Of a DNA stretch of 64,000 nt, positions 1 to 10,311 are shown piece by piece. Positions within the stretch are counted from its first letter, which is position 1; the number at the start of each line of letters is the position of its first letter. The notes beneath the pieces were generated by a model that was not told the DNA's origin, searched no databases, and saw nothing but the letters and a program-made list of their open reading frames with translations. Both the position numbers and the translations under genes were made by a program. Source of the DNA: an uncultured delta proteobacterium. GTDB taxonomy: Bacteria; Desulfobacterota; Binatia; Binatales; Binataceae. The stretch is from assembly GCA_963711565.1 (NCBI GenBank), contig CAVQEQ010000004.1, positions 1,088,001-1,152,000 of the forward strand, read 5' to 3'.

Positions 1-774
1 TCGCGAATCGTGTCGCTGGTGCCGAGTTGGACGGAGACGTTGTTCGCGCTCGGTTTCAGCTCCGAAGTCGTGGGCATCACGAAATTCTGTGTCGAGCCGG
101 TGGCGGCGGTTGCGTCGATTCCAAAGGTCGGCGGAACCAAGAATCCCGACATTGCCGCTATCGTGAAGCTCGAGCCCGATCTGGTGATCGCCAACGCCGA
201 GGAGAACCGGCGCGAGGACGTCGAGCGGCTCCGTGCGGCGAACATCCCGGTGTTCACGACGTATCCGCGTACGGTGCCCGGCGCGGTCGAGTCGATTCTG
301 CGATTGGGCCGCGTGCTGAACCGCGAGGCCGAGGCTGCCACACTGGCAAAGGAGATCACGCTGAGCGTGAGCGGTATCGAGGCCGCGCTCGGCGTATGGA
401 GCAAGCTGCGGCTCCGGGTTTTCTGCCCGATATGGAAGAAGCCGTGGATGTCGTTCAACGCCGACACCTATGCCCATGACGTGCTGCGGATGCTCGGCTA
501 CAACAATATCTTTGCGTCCGCGGGCGAGCGGTATCCCGTCACGACGCTCGAGAACGCGGTCGAACTCCGTCCCGATATCGTGATACTTCCCGACGAGCCG
601 TATGAATTCGACGAATCCAACGTCTCCGAGCTGAAGCCGCTTTTGCCGCCCGCGCTCAGTCGTCGCGTGTTGATAGTCAGTGGCCGCGACCTTCACTGGT
701 ACGGCGTTCACATGGTGGGGGGGCTCAAGTCGCTGGCGGAAAGAATGGCGCGAGTGCGCGCAGCGGTCCTATAA
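1..774 (+). CDS. Helical-backbone metal receptor / BtuF-like ABC substrate-binding protein (5' truncated by window)
   Basis: Frame open from base 1 (SRIVSLVPSWTE); motifs GITKFCVEP, VGGTKNPD, PDEPY typical of TroA/BtuF-like cobalamin/iron receptors. Confidence 0.8.
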   Translation, partial: SRIVSLVPSWTETLFALGFSSEVVGITKFCVEPVAAVASIPKVGGTKNPDIAAIVKLEPDLVIANAEENRREDVERLRAANIPVFTTYPRTVPGAVESILRLGRVLNREAEAATLAKEITLSVSGIEAALGVWSKLRLRVFCPIWKKPWMSFNADTYAHDVLRMLGYNNIFASAGERYPVTTLENAVELRPDIVILPDEPYEFDESNVSELKPLLPPALSRRVLIVSGRDLHWYGVHMVGGLKSLAERMARVRAAVL

Positions 775-828
775 TTGGGCCGGGCGTAAGGACGCGATGA
801 GATCGGTCGAGCAGAATGGGAGATTGGT

Positions 829-1218
829 ATGATCCCGAAAATCAGCATAGCAGCCGCTTTTTTTCTGATGACGGCGCCGCCGATGGCGTGCGCGTCAACT
901 CGCGACGCTGCCGGTCGCGCGCCGCTAACCCGCCACGCTCAAAGGTCGGCGCTGGACATGGTTCTCGCGCAGGACGACTCACCCAGCATGGGCACTACCA
1001 ACAACGACAGCGACAACGATAGCAGCGACAACGACAACGATTCCGACAGCGCCGATGACAATCAGAACGCCGACGGCAATCAGACCGATCAAAACGCCGC
1101 CGGCGACGATCAGCCGATTCCACCGACGGTCCTCGGCGCGCCCGACAGCGATTCCGGCGACGCGCAGCAGCCGTCACAGACAAATTCATATCCGCAGCCG
1201 GCGAACCCATATCAATAG
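829..1218 (+). CDS. Hypothetical secreted protein with acidic D/N/S-rich low-complexity region
   Basis: N-terminal hydrophobic signal-like segment; DNDS-type repeats; upstream GGGAGA RBS-like sequence. Confidence 0.55.
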   Translation: MIPKISIAAAFFLMTAPPMACASTRDAAGRAPLTRHAQRSALDMVLAQDDSPSMGTTNNDSDNDSSDNDNDSDSADDNQNADGNQTDQNAAGDDQPIPPTVLGAPDSDSGDAQQPSQTNSYPQPANPYQ

Positions 1219-1271
1219 GCTCGCTCGACTCGCGCACCTACTTTTTCGATAGTTCTTCCGGGGTATCGACG

Positions 1272-2473
1272 ATGCCTGCACCACTCGATGGAATCAAAGT
1301 TCTCGATCTGACCAAGCTGGCGCCGGGGCCTTTCTGCACGATGATCCTCGCAGACCTTGGCGCTGAGGTGATCAGAATCGAGGAGCCGGGTCCTCCAACC
1401 GGAAGACGTGCGCAGCAGGCCGGCGCAGCCGGTACGCGTCCGGCGGGCAACAGCTTCAACAGCTCGCCCTACAACGCGCTGGCGCGCAACAAGAAGTCGA
1501 TCGGGATCAATCTCAAGAGCGGCATGGGCAAGGAAATCTATACTCGTCTCGCTCAGCGCGCCGACGTGATCGTCGAGGAGTACCGGCCGGGCGTCGCCAA
1601 GCGGCTCGGGATCGATTACGAGAAGCTGGCGTCGCGCAACCCGCGGCTGATCTATTGCGCCATCACCGGCTTCGGACAGACCGGTCCGTATCGCGACCTG
1701 GTCGGCCACGACATCAACTACATCGCGACCGCGGGCGTGTTGTCGATGTTTGGGCGCCCGGCCAGCCGCCGACGATTCCGCACAACGTGGTTGCGGACTA
1801 CGCCGGCGGCGGGATGCATGGCGCGATCGGAGTGCTCGCGGCGCTAGTCGCGCGCAATCAGACCGGACGCGGGCAATACATCGACATCTCAATGATGGAC
1901 GGCAGCCTGGCGCTGCTGGCGCAGGCGTTCTCGACATTTTTCGCCAACGGCAAACTGCCCAGGCGCGGTGAGACGATCAACGACGGCGGGATTCCAAACT
2001 ACAACGTCTATCTGACCAAGGACGACAAATACATTACGATCGCGGCGATCGAGCCGTGGTTCTTCGCCAACCTCTGTCGCGCGCTCGGCCGCGAGGATTT
2101 TATTCCTCACGAATACGATTCCAGCAAACGCGCGGAAATAGCCCGCGTGTTCACCGAGACCTTCAAGACCAAAACGCGCGATGAGTGGTTCGAGATCCTG
2201 AGCAAGAGCGACATCTGCGTCGGCCGGATGCTCACGCTCGACGAGGTACCGAACGATCCGCAGGTGCTCGCGCGCAACATGATCGTCGAGGTCGAAGGCG
2301 ACGGCGGCAGGAAGTTCAAGCAGGTCGGCATCTCGGCGAAGTTCTCGGACACTCCTGCATCGATAAGGTCGCTCGCGCCGAAACTGGGGCAGCACACCGA
2401 CGAAATCCTCGGCGAGCTGGGCTACAGCAAGGAAGATCTCGATCGCTGGCGCGAGTCGGGCGCGATCAAGTAG
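1272..2473 (+). CDS. CaiB/BaiF family (class III) CoA transferase, split by a -1 frameshift near 1757-1761
   Basis: ORF 1272-1847 has LDGIKVLDL, APGPF, RNKKSI, GFGQTGPY, GHDINY; ORF 1655-2473 continues with ADYAGGG, GRGQYIDISM, APKLGQHT. Confidence 0.85.
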
Positions 2474-2655
2474 CGCGTTATCGAGCGCGCCGCCAATGCG
2501 CATCTTCAATCGTATCGCGCGCTCCGCGTGAGACGATCGCGAGAGACCTCTCCATTCCGGGAAATACCTGTCGCGCCTGACTGACCGGACGCTCCGTACC
2601 AGTTCTTGCAGAGGTTGGCGGCAAGCGGTAACTCCCGATCAGGAAGGAAGTTGCG

Positions 2656-4254
2656 ATGGCAAATCCAATTCCGCGATCGCTGTCGCACGGCTCGGCCACG
2701 GACAGCGAGCCTACCCAGGCCGGCAAGTGGCTAGTCGCCGCGTCAGTGATGATCGGTACCTTCCTGTCGGTCATGGACGCGACGGTGGTCAACGTCGCGA
2801 TGCCGCACATGATGGGCAGCTTCGGCCAGGACCTGCTGACTATCACCTGGGTTTCGACCGCCTACAGCATCGCCGAGATCATCATGATCACGATGTCGGC
2901 GTGGATGACGACGCTGCTCGGCCGCAAGCGCCTGTTCCTCGCGTCGATGATCTTGTTCACTGTCGGATCGGTATTGGCGGGCACCTCGAAGACGCTCACC
3001 CAGATGATTTTTTATCGGGTTGTGCAGGGCATCGGCGGCGGCAGCCTGATGCCATGCTCGCAGGCAATTGCGCGCGAGACCTTTCCGCCGGCCGAGCAGG
3101 GCATGGCGATGGCGATCTACAGCATGGGCGTTGTGCTCGCACCGGCGATCGGGCCGGTGATCGGAGGATGGCTGGTTGACAATTACGGCTGGCAGTGGGT
3201 CTTCTATATCAACGTCCCGTTCTGCATCGTCGGCCTGATGATGGTCAGCACTTTTGTGCATGACCCGTCGTACCTGAAGCGCGGCGTCGCCCGCATCGAC
3301 TGGACCGGAATCGGCCTGCTCACCGTCGGACTCACGATGATGCAAGTGGTCCTCGAACGCGGCGAAGAGGTCAACTGGTTCTCCAACCACTGGATCGTTA
3401 TCGGTACCGTTGTAGCTTCAGCCTCCATCGTCGCCCTGGTGGTGTGGGAGCTCTACAACGACGAACCGGTAATTAACTTTCGCTTGTTTCGCAACGTCCC
3501 GCTCAGCGCGGGTTCGGGCCTCGGGATGGTCGTTGGCTTTGCGCTCTTTGGATCCAGTTTCCTGCTGCCGCAGTTTACCGAGACCCTGCTCAATTACCCG
3601 GCGTACCAGGCGGGAATGGTTCTGATGCCCCGCGCGGTCGCGATGCTGCTGACGATGCCGCTGGTCGGACGCCTCTACAATCACGTGAGTCCGCGCATTC
3701 TGATTGCCGTGGGCATAGTTGCTCTGGTCGTGGGTTACTGGGAGCTAAGTCAGTTCACCCTCACGGTCAGCTTCGCCAATTTCTTGCCGATCCTGGTGAT
3801 GACCGGTATTGGAATGGGCGCTGCGATGGTGACGATGAGTACGGTGTCGCTGAGCACGATCAATCGCTCGCAGATGACCGGCGCATCCAGCTTGTTCACT
3901 CTGTCGCGGCGCGTTTCAGGCAATATCGCGTACGCGACGCTGGCGACCCTGCTCGCGCGCCGCTCGCAGGTTCATCGCTCGGAGCTGATCAGCGCAGTCG
4001 GTGGCACCAATCCCGTGTTCCGCTCGGCCGACGCACAGTATCGAAGTCTACTCAGCGGTTATGGAATCGCTTCGACGCCCAGCCGGCGACCGGACCTCGC
4101 GATGCTCGACGGAATGGTCAATCGACAGGCGACGATGATGGCCTACAACGATTGTTTTTGGCTGATGGCGGTGATGCTGGTCGCTGTGCTGCCCTTCTTG
4201 TTCCTGCTGCCCAAAACCGGAGTCTCGCAGGAAGCGGAGGCAATCCTCGAGTGA
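2656..4254 (+). CDS. DHA2 (EmrB/QacA-like) MFS efflux permease
   Basis: DATVVNVAMP, WVSTAY, GRKRL, RVVQGIGGG and APAIGPVIGG motifs; many TM segments. Confidence 0.9.
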   Translation: MANPIPRSLSHGSATDSEPTQAGKWLVAASVMIGTFLSVMDATVVNVAMPHMMGSFGQDLLTITWVSTAYSIAEIIMITMSAWMTTLLGRKRLFLASMILFTVGSVLAGTSKTLTQMIFYRVVQGIGGGSLMPCSQAIARETFPPAEQGMAMAIYSMGVVLAPAIGPVIGGWLVDNYGWQWVFYINVPFCIVGLMMVSTFVHDPSYLKRGVARIDWTGIGLLTVGLTMMQVVLERGEEVNWFSNHWIVIGTVVASASIVALVVWELYNDEPVINFRLFRNVPLSAGSGLGMVVGFALFGSSFLLPQFTETLLNYPAYQAGMVLMPRAVAMLLTMPLVGRLYNHVSPRILIAVGIVALVVGYWELSQFTLTVSFANFLPILVMTGIGMGAAMVTMSTVSLSTINRSQMTGASSLFTLSRRVSGNIAYATLATLLARRSQVHRSELISAVGGTNPVFRSADAQYRSLLSGYGIASTPSRRPDLAMLDGMVNRQATMMAYNDCFWLMAVMLVAVLPFLFLLPKTGVSQEAEAILE

Positions 4255-5228
4255 TCTGCTGCTGCGGAAGCTTCGTCGATCGCCTGTTTGCGGAGACCGA
4301 AATACAGCGCGATCGCGCGATCGGCCTCAAACAGGTGATACGACGCGATATCCGGATTGTTGCGCTGTTGGCTGGCGAGCATCCGCATGTCCTGACGCGT
4401 GAACACCAGCTCGAGGTCGAACTTGGCGGCGAGGCGCGCAACGATTCTGCCGCCGAGCCATCCTGGAATGTAACTCTGTCCGTAGCGCGCCCAGAGCCAG
4501 GTATGGTCGCGATCGATCGGCGTCGCGCTGGCGATGAACTGGATTCCTTTGGCGACCGTAATCGTTGCGAGCGTCGGCAAACACATCGCGGAGGTGAAAC
4601 TGTAAGTCGGCCGCATCCAGCCGGGTCGCTCGTGATGGAGCGAGACTTTCAGTCGAATCACAGCGCCGTCGAGTTTCGCCGCCTGCATCTCGACGCGCGT
4701 CCCCGCTCGGGGAATCGTCGCGCGATGAACGAACGGAATGTGATGGATGTCGCCGAGGTTCTCCATCACGCGCAGGTATGACACCGGATAGTCGCGCTGC
4801 ACGATGCTGGTTCGCGGCCCCGGTTCCGGCGCTTCGGGAATCCAGGGAACTTCCGCCGCGGGTTCCGAATCGCCGTACCAATACCAGATGAGACCATGCG
4901 CCTCGCGGACCTGACGCGTCGGCAAATCGAAGCCTCGCGGTATCGGCTCGCCTTCGCCGTTAGCGGGGATCAGGACGCATTGGCCGGCGGAATCGAAACG
5001 CAGTCCGTGAAATGGACATTCCAGGCAGCCGTCTCGGATCCATCCCAGGCTTAGTTGCGCCGCGCGATGAGGGCAGCGGTCGGTCGTGCAGACGGCGCTG
5101 CCACTACCGTCGCGCCACAGCACGAGTTGCTCGCCGAGGCGGGTGATGCCGACGGGTTTGCGACGTTTCAATTCGGAACTGTCGAAGATCGGGTACCACT
5201 GATTCGGAATAAATTCGTCAGGAGTCAT
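4143..5228 (-). CDS. Rieske [2Fe-2S] non-heme iron oxygenase (VanA/KshA-like alpha subunit)
   Basis: CPHR...CPFHG Rieske motif; ENLGDIHHIPFVH mononuclear Fe motif; later QD ligand. Confidence 0.88.
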   Translation of the reverse strand: MTPDEFIPNQWYPIFDSSELKRRKPVGITRLGEQLVLWRDGSGSAVCTTDRCPHRAAQLSLGWIRDGCLECPFHGLRFDSAGQCVLIPANGEGEPIPRGFDLPTRQVREAHGLIWYWYGDSEPAAEVPWIPEAPEPGPRTSIVQRDYPVSYLRVMENLGDIHHIPFVHRATIPRAGTRVEMQAAKLDGAVIRLKVSLHHERPGWMRPTYSFTSAMCLPTLATITVAKGIQFIASATPIDRDHTWLWARYGQSYIPGWLGGRIVARLAAKFDLELVFTRQDMRMLASQQRNNPDIASYHLFEADRAIALYFGLRKQAIDEASAAADHSRIASASCETPVLGSRNKKGSTATSITAISQKQSL

Positions 5229-5890
5229 GGCTCCTCCCCGGATATTGTGTCGCCGCGAGCGAATAAACCTCGCATCGCGATCGCGGTGCCGCGCCGGATT
5301 TCCTTGCGCACCATTTCGTCACTGATTTGGTCGTTCATCAGATATGCGGTCATCCACGTAAAGCAGACTCCGTAGAGGACCGTCGCCGCCGGCAGGGGTT
5401 CTATGTCGGATGCGAGCACGCCGTTGCCGCGATACTGCTCGAGCAGCGATGCGAGTTGTGAAACCAGCTGCGCGTCGCCTTCAAAGAGCCGCTTCCCAAC
5501 TACCCCAGGATCCGCAATTGCGGCGCCGAAAAGTTCGCGCCACAGGCGGCGATCTTCGCGGGTAAAATCTTCGAGAAAAATCTCGGTGAATGCGGTCGCG
5601 GCCGCTACCGGATCGTCCGGGGGGTCGTCGAGGATCTTCCGTCCGCGCGTTAGCAGAGATTCCGACTCGCGTCTAACGATTGCGAGCAGCAGGGCGGACT
5701 TGGACGGAAAGTAGTTGTAGATTGTGCCGACCGCCAGGCCGGCGCGGGCCGCCACGTCCTCCATCGCGACTTCGGCAAAGCCCTTTTTGGCGAACAGCCG
5801 TTCGGCTGCTTTGACGATACGACGTTCGCGTTCCCGTTTCTGGCGGTGGCGGAGGCCAGGAGATTGCTGCACTGCGGGAACTGAATCCAT
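5225..5890 (-). CDS. TetR/AcrR family regulator
   Basis: HTH AERLFAKKGF...VAARAGLAVGTIYNYFPSK; 4-nt overlap with Rieske gene start. Confidence 0.9.
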   Translation of the reverse strand: MDSVPAVQQSPGLRHRQKRERERRIVKAAERLFAKKGFAEVAMEDVAARAGLAVGTIYNYFPSKSALLLAIVRRESESLLTRGRKILDDPPDDPVAAATAFTEIFLEDFTREDRRLWRELFGAAIADPGVVGKRLFEGDAQLVSQLASLLEQYRGNGVLASDIEPLPAATVLYGVCFTWMTAYLMNDQISDEMVRKEIRRGTAIAMRGLFARGDTISGEEP

Positions 5891-5948
5891 TCATTATTTA
5901 TATTGACACCCGTTCAGTGAGTCTGTCAACAAACATGAATTGATTCAT
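5882..5948. promoter_or_regulatory. Divergent promoter region with two TGAAT-NN-ATTCA palindromes (candidate TetR operators) and opposed TTGACA hexamers
   Basis: TGAATCCATTCA 5882-5893; ATGAATTGATTCAT 5935-5948; TTGACA 5903-5908 (+) and TGTCAA 5924-5929 (TTGACA on -). Confidence 0.55.
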
Positions 5949-6006
5949 ATTCATGCCGAACGGCGACGCGTTGCCCGCGACATCGAATCACGGTTAAGAT
6001 TCAGCT

Positions 6007-7329
6007 ATGCCACCGCCATCTCCGATGTTCATGCGCGGGCCCCACGATCCGATTCGGATCGAACGCGCCGAGGGTCCATGGCTTTACGCCTCCGACGGCA
6101 ACAAGATCCTCGACGCGGGCGGCGGCGCCGTGGTGGTGAATATCGGGCAGGGGCGGCGCGAAATCGCCGAGGTCGCGGCGCGCACGATCGCCAATCTCGA
6201 TTACATTGTGCCGGTGTGGACTTCGCCCGAGCGCGAGAAGCTCGTCGATCGTCTGACGCGATGGACTCCGCCGGGGCTCACGCGGTTCTTTTTCACCAGC
6301 GGTGGATCGGAGTCGGTCGAAGCGGCTCTGAAGTTCGCGATTCTCTACCACAAGGCTCGCGGCAAACAATCGAAGAGCAAAGTCATCGGGCGCCGCTTCT
6401 CGTATCACGGCAACACGATCGCGGCGTTGTCGGCGGGCGGAAGCGGGCGGCGCGCGGACTACGAACATATTCTGCTCGACTGGCCGAAGATCGATCCGAC
6501 GTACTGCTACCGCTGCCCGTGGGGCAAAACCTATCCGTCATGTGAGATCGACTGCGCGACGACGCTCGAAAAAGAGATCCTCAAGCACGGCCCCGACTCG
6601 ATCGCGGCGTTTATCGCGGAACCGATGATGGGTTCGAGCGGCGGCGTGGTCGCGCCTGTCAAAGAGTACTGGCCGAAGATTCGCGAGATCTGCACGCGCT
6701 ATGACGTGCTGCTGATTGCCGACGAAGTGATGACCGGCTTTGGCCGCACCGGCAGGCGCTTCGGCGTCGATCATTGGGACGTGGTGCCGGACATCCTGGT
6801 CGGTGGCAAGGGACTCACTGGCGGTTACATGCCGATGGGAATGATCGCGGTCAAGGAATCCTTGGTCGAGGAAGTCGAGCAGGCCAAGGCCGAGTTCATG
6901 TTCTACACCTACAGCTCGCATCCCGTCGCGTGCGCGGTCGCCGACGAAGTGCTGGCCATCATGGAGCGCGAGCGGCTCGTGGAGCGCTCGGCAGAGGTCG
7001 GCGCGCGTCTCGGCGCGAGCTTGAAGGAAGAACTGTCGGGGCATCCGATGGTCGGCGACATCCGCGGCACCGGGATGTTCTGGGGGATCGAGCTGGTTCA
7101 AGACAAGGCGACCCGCATGCCGTTTGCGCCTGAAAAGAAAGTCACTAATCGTGTGCTCGGTGCGTCGGTGCGCAAGGGGATGTTCTTTTATCCGGCGACC
7201 GGGATGGCGGGCAAGGCGGGTGGCGACGCGATGATGATCACGCCGCCGTTCATCATCGGTGACGCGGAGATCGAATTCATCACTCGCACGGCACGAGCGG
7301 CACTCGACGAGATCCAGCCTAACCTGTAG
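6007..7329 (+). CDS. Class III PLP-dependent aminotransferase
   Basis: SGGSES, SYHG, LIADEVMTGFGRTG and GGKGLTGGY (PLP lysine) motifs. Confidence 0.92.
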   Translation: MPPPSPMFMRGPHDPIRIERAEGPWLYASDGNKILDAGGGAVVVNIGQGRREIAEVAARTIANLDYIVPVWTSPEREKLVDRLTRWTPPGLTRFFFTSGGSESVEAALKFAILYHKARGKQSKSKVIGRRFSYHGNTIAALSAGGSGRRADYEHILLDWPKIDPTYCYRCPWGKTYPSCEIDCATTLEKEILKHGPDSIAAFIAEPMMGSSGGVVAPVKEYWPKIREICTRYDVLLIADEVMTGFGRTGRRFGVDHWDVVPDILVGGKGLTGGYMPMGMIAVKESLVEEVEQAKAEFMFYTYSSHPVACAVADEVLAIMERERLVERSAEVGARLGASLKEELSGHPMVGDIRGTGMFWGIELVQDKATRMPFAPEKKVTNRVLGASVRKGMFFYPATGMAGKAGGDAMMITPPFIIGDAEIEFITRTARAALDEIQPNL

Positions 7330-7363
7330 CGTTTGCGCAGTACGTCTTAGGAGAGACCGGCAC

Positions 7364-8236
7364 ATGGCCGATAGCATCATCGGGCCGACTTCGCATTACT
7401 TTTATTCGCAGCGCCTGAAACTGCACTACGTGGATTGGGGCAATCCCGACAAGCCGCTGCTCGTGCTGGTGCATGGCGGCCGCGACCATTGCCGCAACTG
7501 GGATTGGGTCGCGCTCGATCTGCGCCGGCATTTTCACATCATCGCGCCCGACCTTCGCGGCCACGGCGACTCCGACTGGGCCGTGGGCAGCGGCTATTCG
7601 ATGATCGACTACGTGCTCGATTTGTCGCAGCTCATGAACGCGGTTTCGAGCGAGCCGGCGACGCTCATCGGCCACTCGCTCGGCGGCGGAATCGTTCTGC
7701 AATACACCGGCACGCATCCCGACGCCGTCAAGCGCGTCGTTTCGATCGAGGGGATGGGTCCGCCGCCTGGAATGATCAAGGACACTCCCGCCTACGAGCG
7801 CATGAATAACTGGATCGGCCAGATGCAGACCCTGGCGCGGCGCAAGGTGCGCGAGTACGCGTCGATCGAAGAGGCGCTCGCCCGCATGCGCGAGGCCAAC
7901 CCGCATCTCAGTCGCGAGCAGGCGCGCCATCTCACGATTTGGGGAATCCGCCGCAACGAAAACGGCACCTACTCGTGGAAATTCGACAACTACGTTCACG
8001 CAACGTCGCCCTACATGTTCAACAACCGCGACGCGCGCGAAATCTGGGGACGCATCACCTGCCCGACGCTGCTGATTCGCGGCACGGAATCGTGGGCGGG
8101 CGATTGGGTCAAGGACGGGCGCATCCAGGCGTTCAAGAACGCGGAGTCGGTGACCGTCAACAAGGCGGGCCACTGGGTACATCACGATCGCCTCGATGAA
8201 TTCCTGGCAGTGACGCATCGCTTCCTTGGCGTTTAG
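7364..8236 (+). CDS. Alpha/beta hydrolase
   Basis: HGG oxyanion region, DLRGHGDS, GHSLGG nucleophile elbow, AGHWVH; AGGAGA RBS before ATG 7364. Confidence 0.9.
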   Translation: MADSIIGPTSHYFYSQRLKLHYVDWGNPDKPLLVLVHGGRDHCRNWDWVALDLRRHFHIIAPDLRGHGDSDWAVGSGYSMIDYVLDLSQLMNAVSSEPATLIGHSLGGGIVLQYTGTHPDAVKRVVSIEGMGPPPGMIKDTPAYERMNNWIGQMQTLARRKVREYASIEEALARMREANPHLSREQARHLTIWGIRRNENGTYSWKFDNYVHATSPYMFNNRDAREIWGRITCPTLLIRGTESWAGDWVKDGRIQAFKNAESVTVNKAGHWVHHDRLDEFLAVTHRFLGV

Positions 8237-8259
8237 CGGCATCGGCGGATAGCACTTCC

Positions 8260-10311
8260 ATGCGACGACCTTCGCTCTCGCTGCGCAGCGACCAATTCGA
8301 ATACGTCCAGTTGATTCTGATCGCAGTGACCGTCGGCATCCTCGCAGCGCTCGGAAATCTTGGCTTTCGCCAACTGATCGAATTTTTCTCGTGGCTGTTT
8401 CGTGTCGTCGAGTGGAGCGCGCTCGGAATCGGCCTCGGTGGAGCGCATCGCGCGCTGATTCCCGTGATCCTCTTGAGCGGCGGCGTCGCGATTCTGCTGC
8501 TTGACCGGATTTTTCCCGGAGACGTGCTCGGTTACGGTTTTCCGAATTTCCTGGAGATGGTGAACCTCGGCACCGCGCGCCTCAAGCGTCGCTGGATTTT
8601 CGTCAAGGCTGCCGGCGCCGCGATTTCACTAGGCGCAGGCGCGTCGGTCGGACGTGAAGGCCCGATCGCGCAAGTGGGAGGTGCGATCGGCTCGACGGTC
8701 GCACAGCTCCGAAAGCTGTCGCCCGATCGCGCCAAGGTGCTGGTCGCGGCCGGCGCGGGCGCGGGTATCGCGACGACCTTCAACGCGCCCATCGGCGGCC
8801 TGATGTTCGCGCAGGAAATCGTCCTGCTCGGCCACACCGAAATCGCCAATCTCACCTTGCTGATCATCGCGACTTTCACCGCCGTGATCACCTCACGCGC
8901 GATCGTCGGCAACGCCTCTGTCTTCGTGGTGCCCGAATTTGTCCTGCGCAGCTACTGGGAGATGGCGACGTATGCGCTCATGGGCGCCGGGCTCGGCGTT
9001 CTCGCCGCCGGCTACATCCGGTTCTTCAACGCAACCGAGGCGTGGTTTCGCCGGCTGAATCTCCCGATTTGGGTCAAGCTCGAGGTGGGACTTGCGGTGG
9101 TGGGCGTGATCGCGATCTGGCTCCCGCAAAATCTGTCCGACGGATACCCGGTGATCAACGGCGCGATGGCGGGTGAGTTCGGCATCGGGATGCTGGCAGC
9201 GATGACCTGCGCGAAATTCTTCGCCAGCAGCGTGTCGCTCGGATGCGGCGCGCCGGGCGGCTCCTTCGGCCCGACGTTTTTCATCGGCACGATGGCGGGC
9301 GGCTTGTTCCAGCGCGTATCGGCGATGGCGATTCCGCATCTGACCGGCCCGCGCGGATCGTACGCGCTGGTCGGGCTCGGCGCGTTTTTGGCCGGGACCA
9401 CGCATGCACCGCTGACGGCGCTGTTCCTGCTCTGGGAGATGACGCACAGCGACACTATCGCGTTGCCTTCGATGATCGCGACCATCACGGCGCTGGTCGT
9501 CGCCCGCGCGATCGAAACCGAATCCATCGACGAGTTCCGCCTCGCGCGCCAGGGTAAGACGCTGCAAATAGGCAGCGAGCGGCTGGCGCTCACTCTCATA
9601 CCGGTGAGCGCAGTCGTGACCCGGAACGTCACGATCGTGAGCGAGAACACTTCCTTGTCGGAGGTGCTCCGCACCGCCGGCGAGACCGCACAGTCCACGT
9701 TGCCAGTAGTCAACAGTGACGGCGAACTCGCCGGGACGATCGTTGTGCGAGATTTGTTGACCATGATCAGTGGAGGACAGGAGCTCGGCCCGCTCGTCAA
9801 CGCATTCGACATCTGCAATGCGCATGGTCCGACAGTGTCGCTCGATGCGAACCTCGACGAGGCGAGTCAGTTGATGGAGCATGATGGCCTCGATGAGATT
9901 CCGGTGATCGACCGCGCCACGCGGCGGTTCCTCGGCCTCGTCACCAGCCGGCAAGTCGCGCAAGCGCTGAACCGCGTGACGGTTTCTCTCTCGACGCTGG
10001 CGACGCGCGACCCGAACATTTATTGGGCAACCGGTTATCGCGTGACGCGCGTTTCGGTTCCCGCCAACGCGGCGGGAAAGACCGTGCGCCAACTCGACGC
10101 CCGCGCCCGCTTCAGCGTCACAGTGCTGGCCGTTCAGGACGCGGGCAACCCGCAGGGTGAATTTACGCCGATCTCGCCCGATCGCCCGCTGAAAGCAGGC
10201 GACGAGCTGATAGCGGCGGGGCGTCCACAAGACATCCGGCAGTTCACGCACGAGTTGGAGAACGCGGTGGCGGTCGCCGCTTCGGCTCAGGTTGGCTCGA
10301 AGAAGGTATAG
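8260..10311 (+). CDS. ClC family chloride channel/antiporter with CBS pair and C-terminal TrkA-C (RCK_C) domain
   Basis: GREGP, AAGAGAGIATTFNAP, GGSFGP, THAPLTA motifs; two CBS-like repeats; C-terminal AGKTVRQL...LKAGDELI. Confidence 0.88.
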   Translation: MRRPSLSLRSDQFEYVQLILIAVTVGILAALGNLGFRQLIEFFSWLFRVVEWSALGIGLGGAHRALIPVILLSGGVAILLLDRIFPGDVLGYGFPNFLEMVNLGTARLKRRWIFVKAAGAAISLGAGASVGREGPIAQVGGAIGSTVAQLRKLSPDRAKVLVAAGAGAGIATTFNAPIGGLMFAQEIVLLGHTEIANLTLLIIATFTAVITSRAIVGNASVFVVPEFVLRSYWEMATYALMGAGLGVLAAGYIRFFNATEAWFRRLNLPIWVKLEVGLAVVGVIAIWLPQNLSDGYPVINGAMAGEFGIGMLAAMTCAKFFASSVSLGCGAPGGSFGPTFFIGTMAGGLFQRVSAMAIPHLTGPRGSYALVGLGAFLAGTTHAPLTALFLLWEMTHSDTIALPSMIATITALVVARAIETESIDEFRLARQGKTLQIGSERLALTLIPVSAVVTRNVTIVSENTSLSEVLRTAGETAQSTLPVVNSDGELAGTIVVRDLLTMISGGQELGPLVNAFDICNAHGPTVSLDANLDEASQLMEHDGLDEIPVIDRATRRFLGLVTSRQVAQALNRVTVSLSTLATRDPNIYWATGYRVTRVSVPANAAGKTVRQLDARARFSVTVLAVQDAGNPQGEFTPISPDRPLKAGDELIAAGRPQDIRQFTHELENAVAVAASAQVGSKKV

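Noticed and set aside
1750-1765. Programmed ribosomal frameshifting in the split genes
   Set aside because: No X XXY YYZ slippery heptamer at any of the three sites, and these families are not known to use recoding
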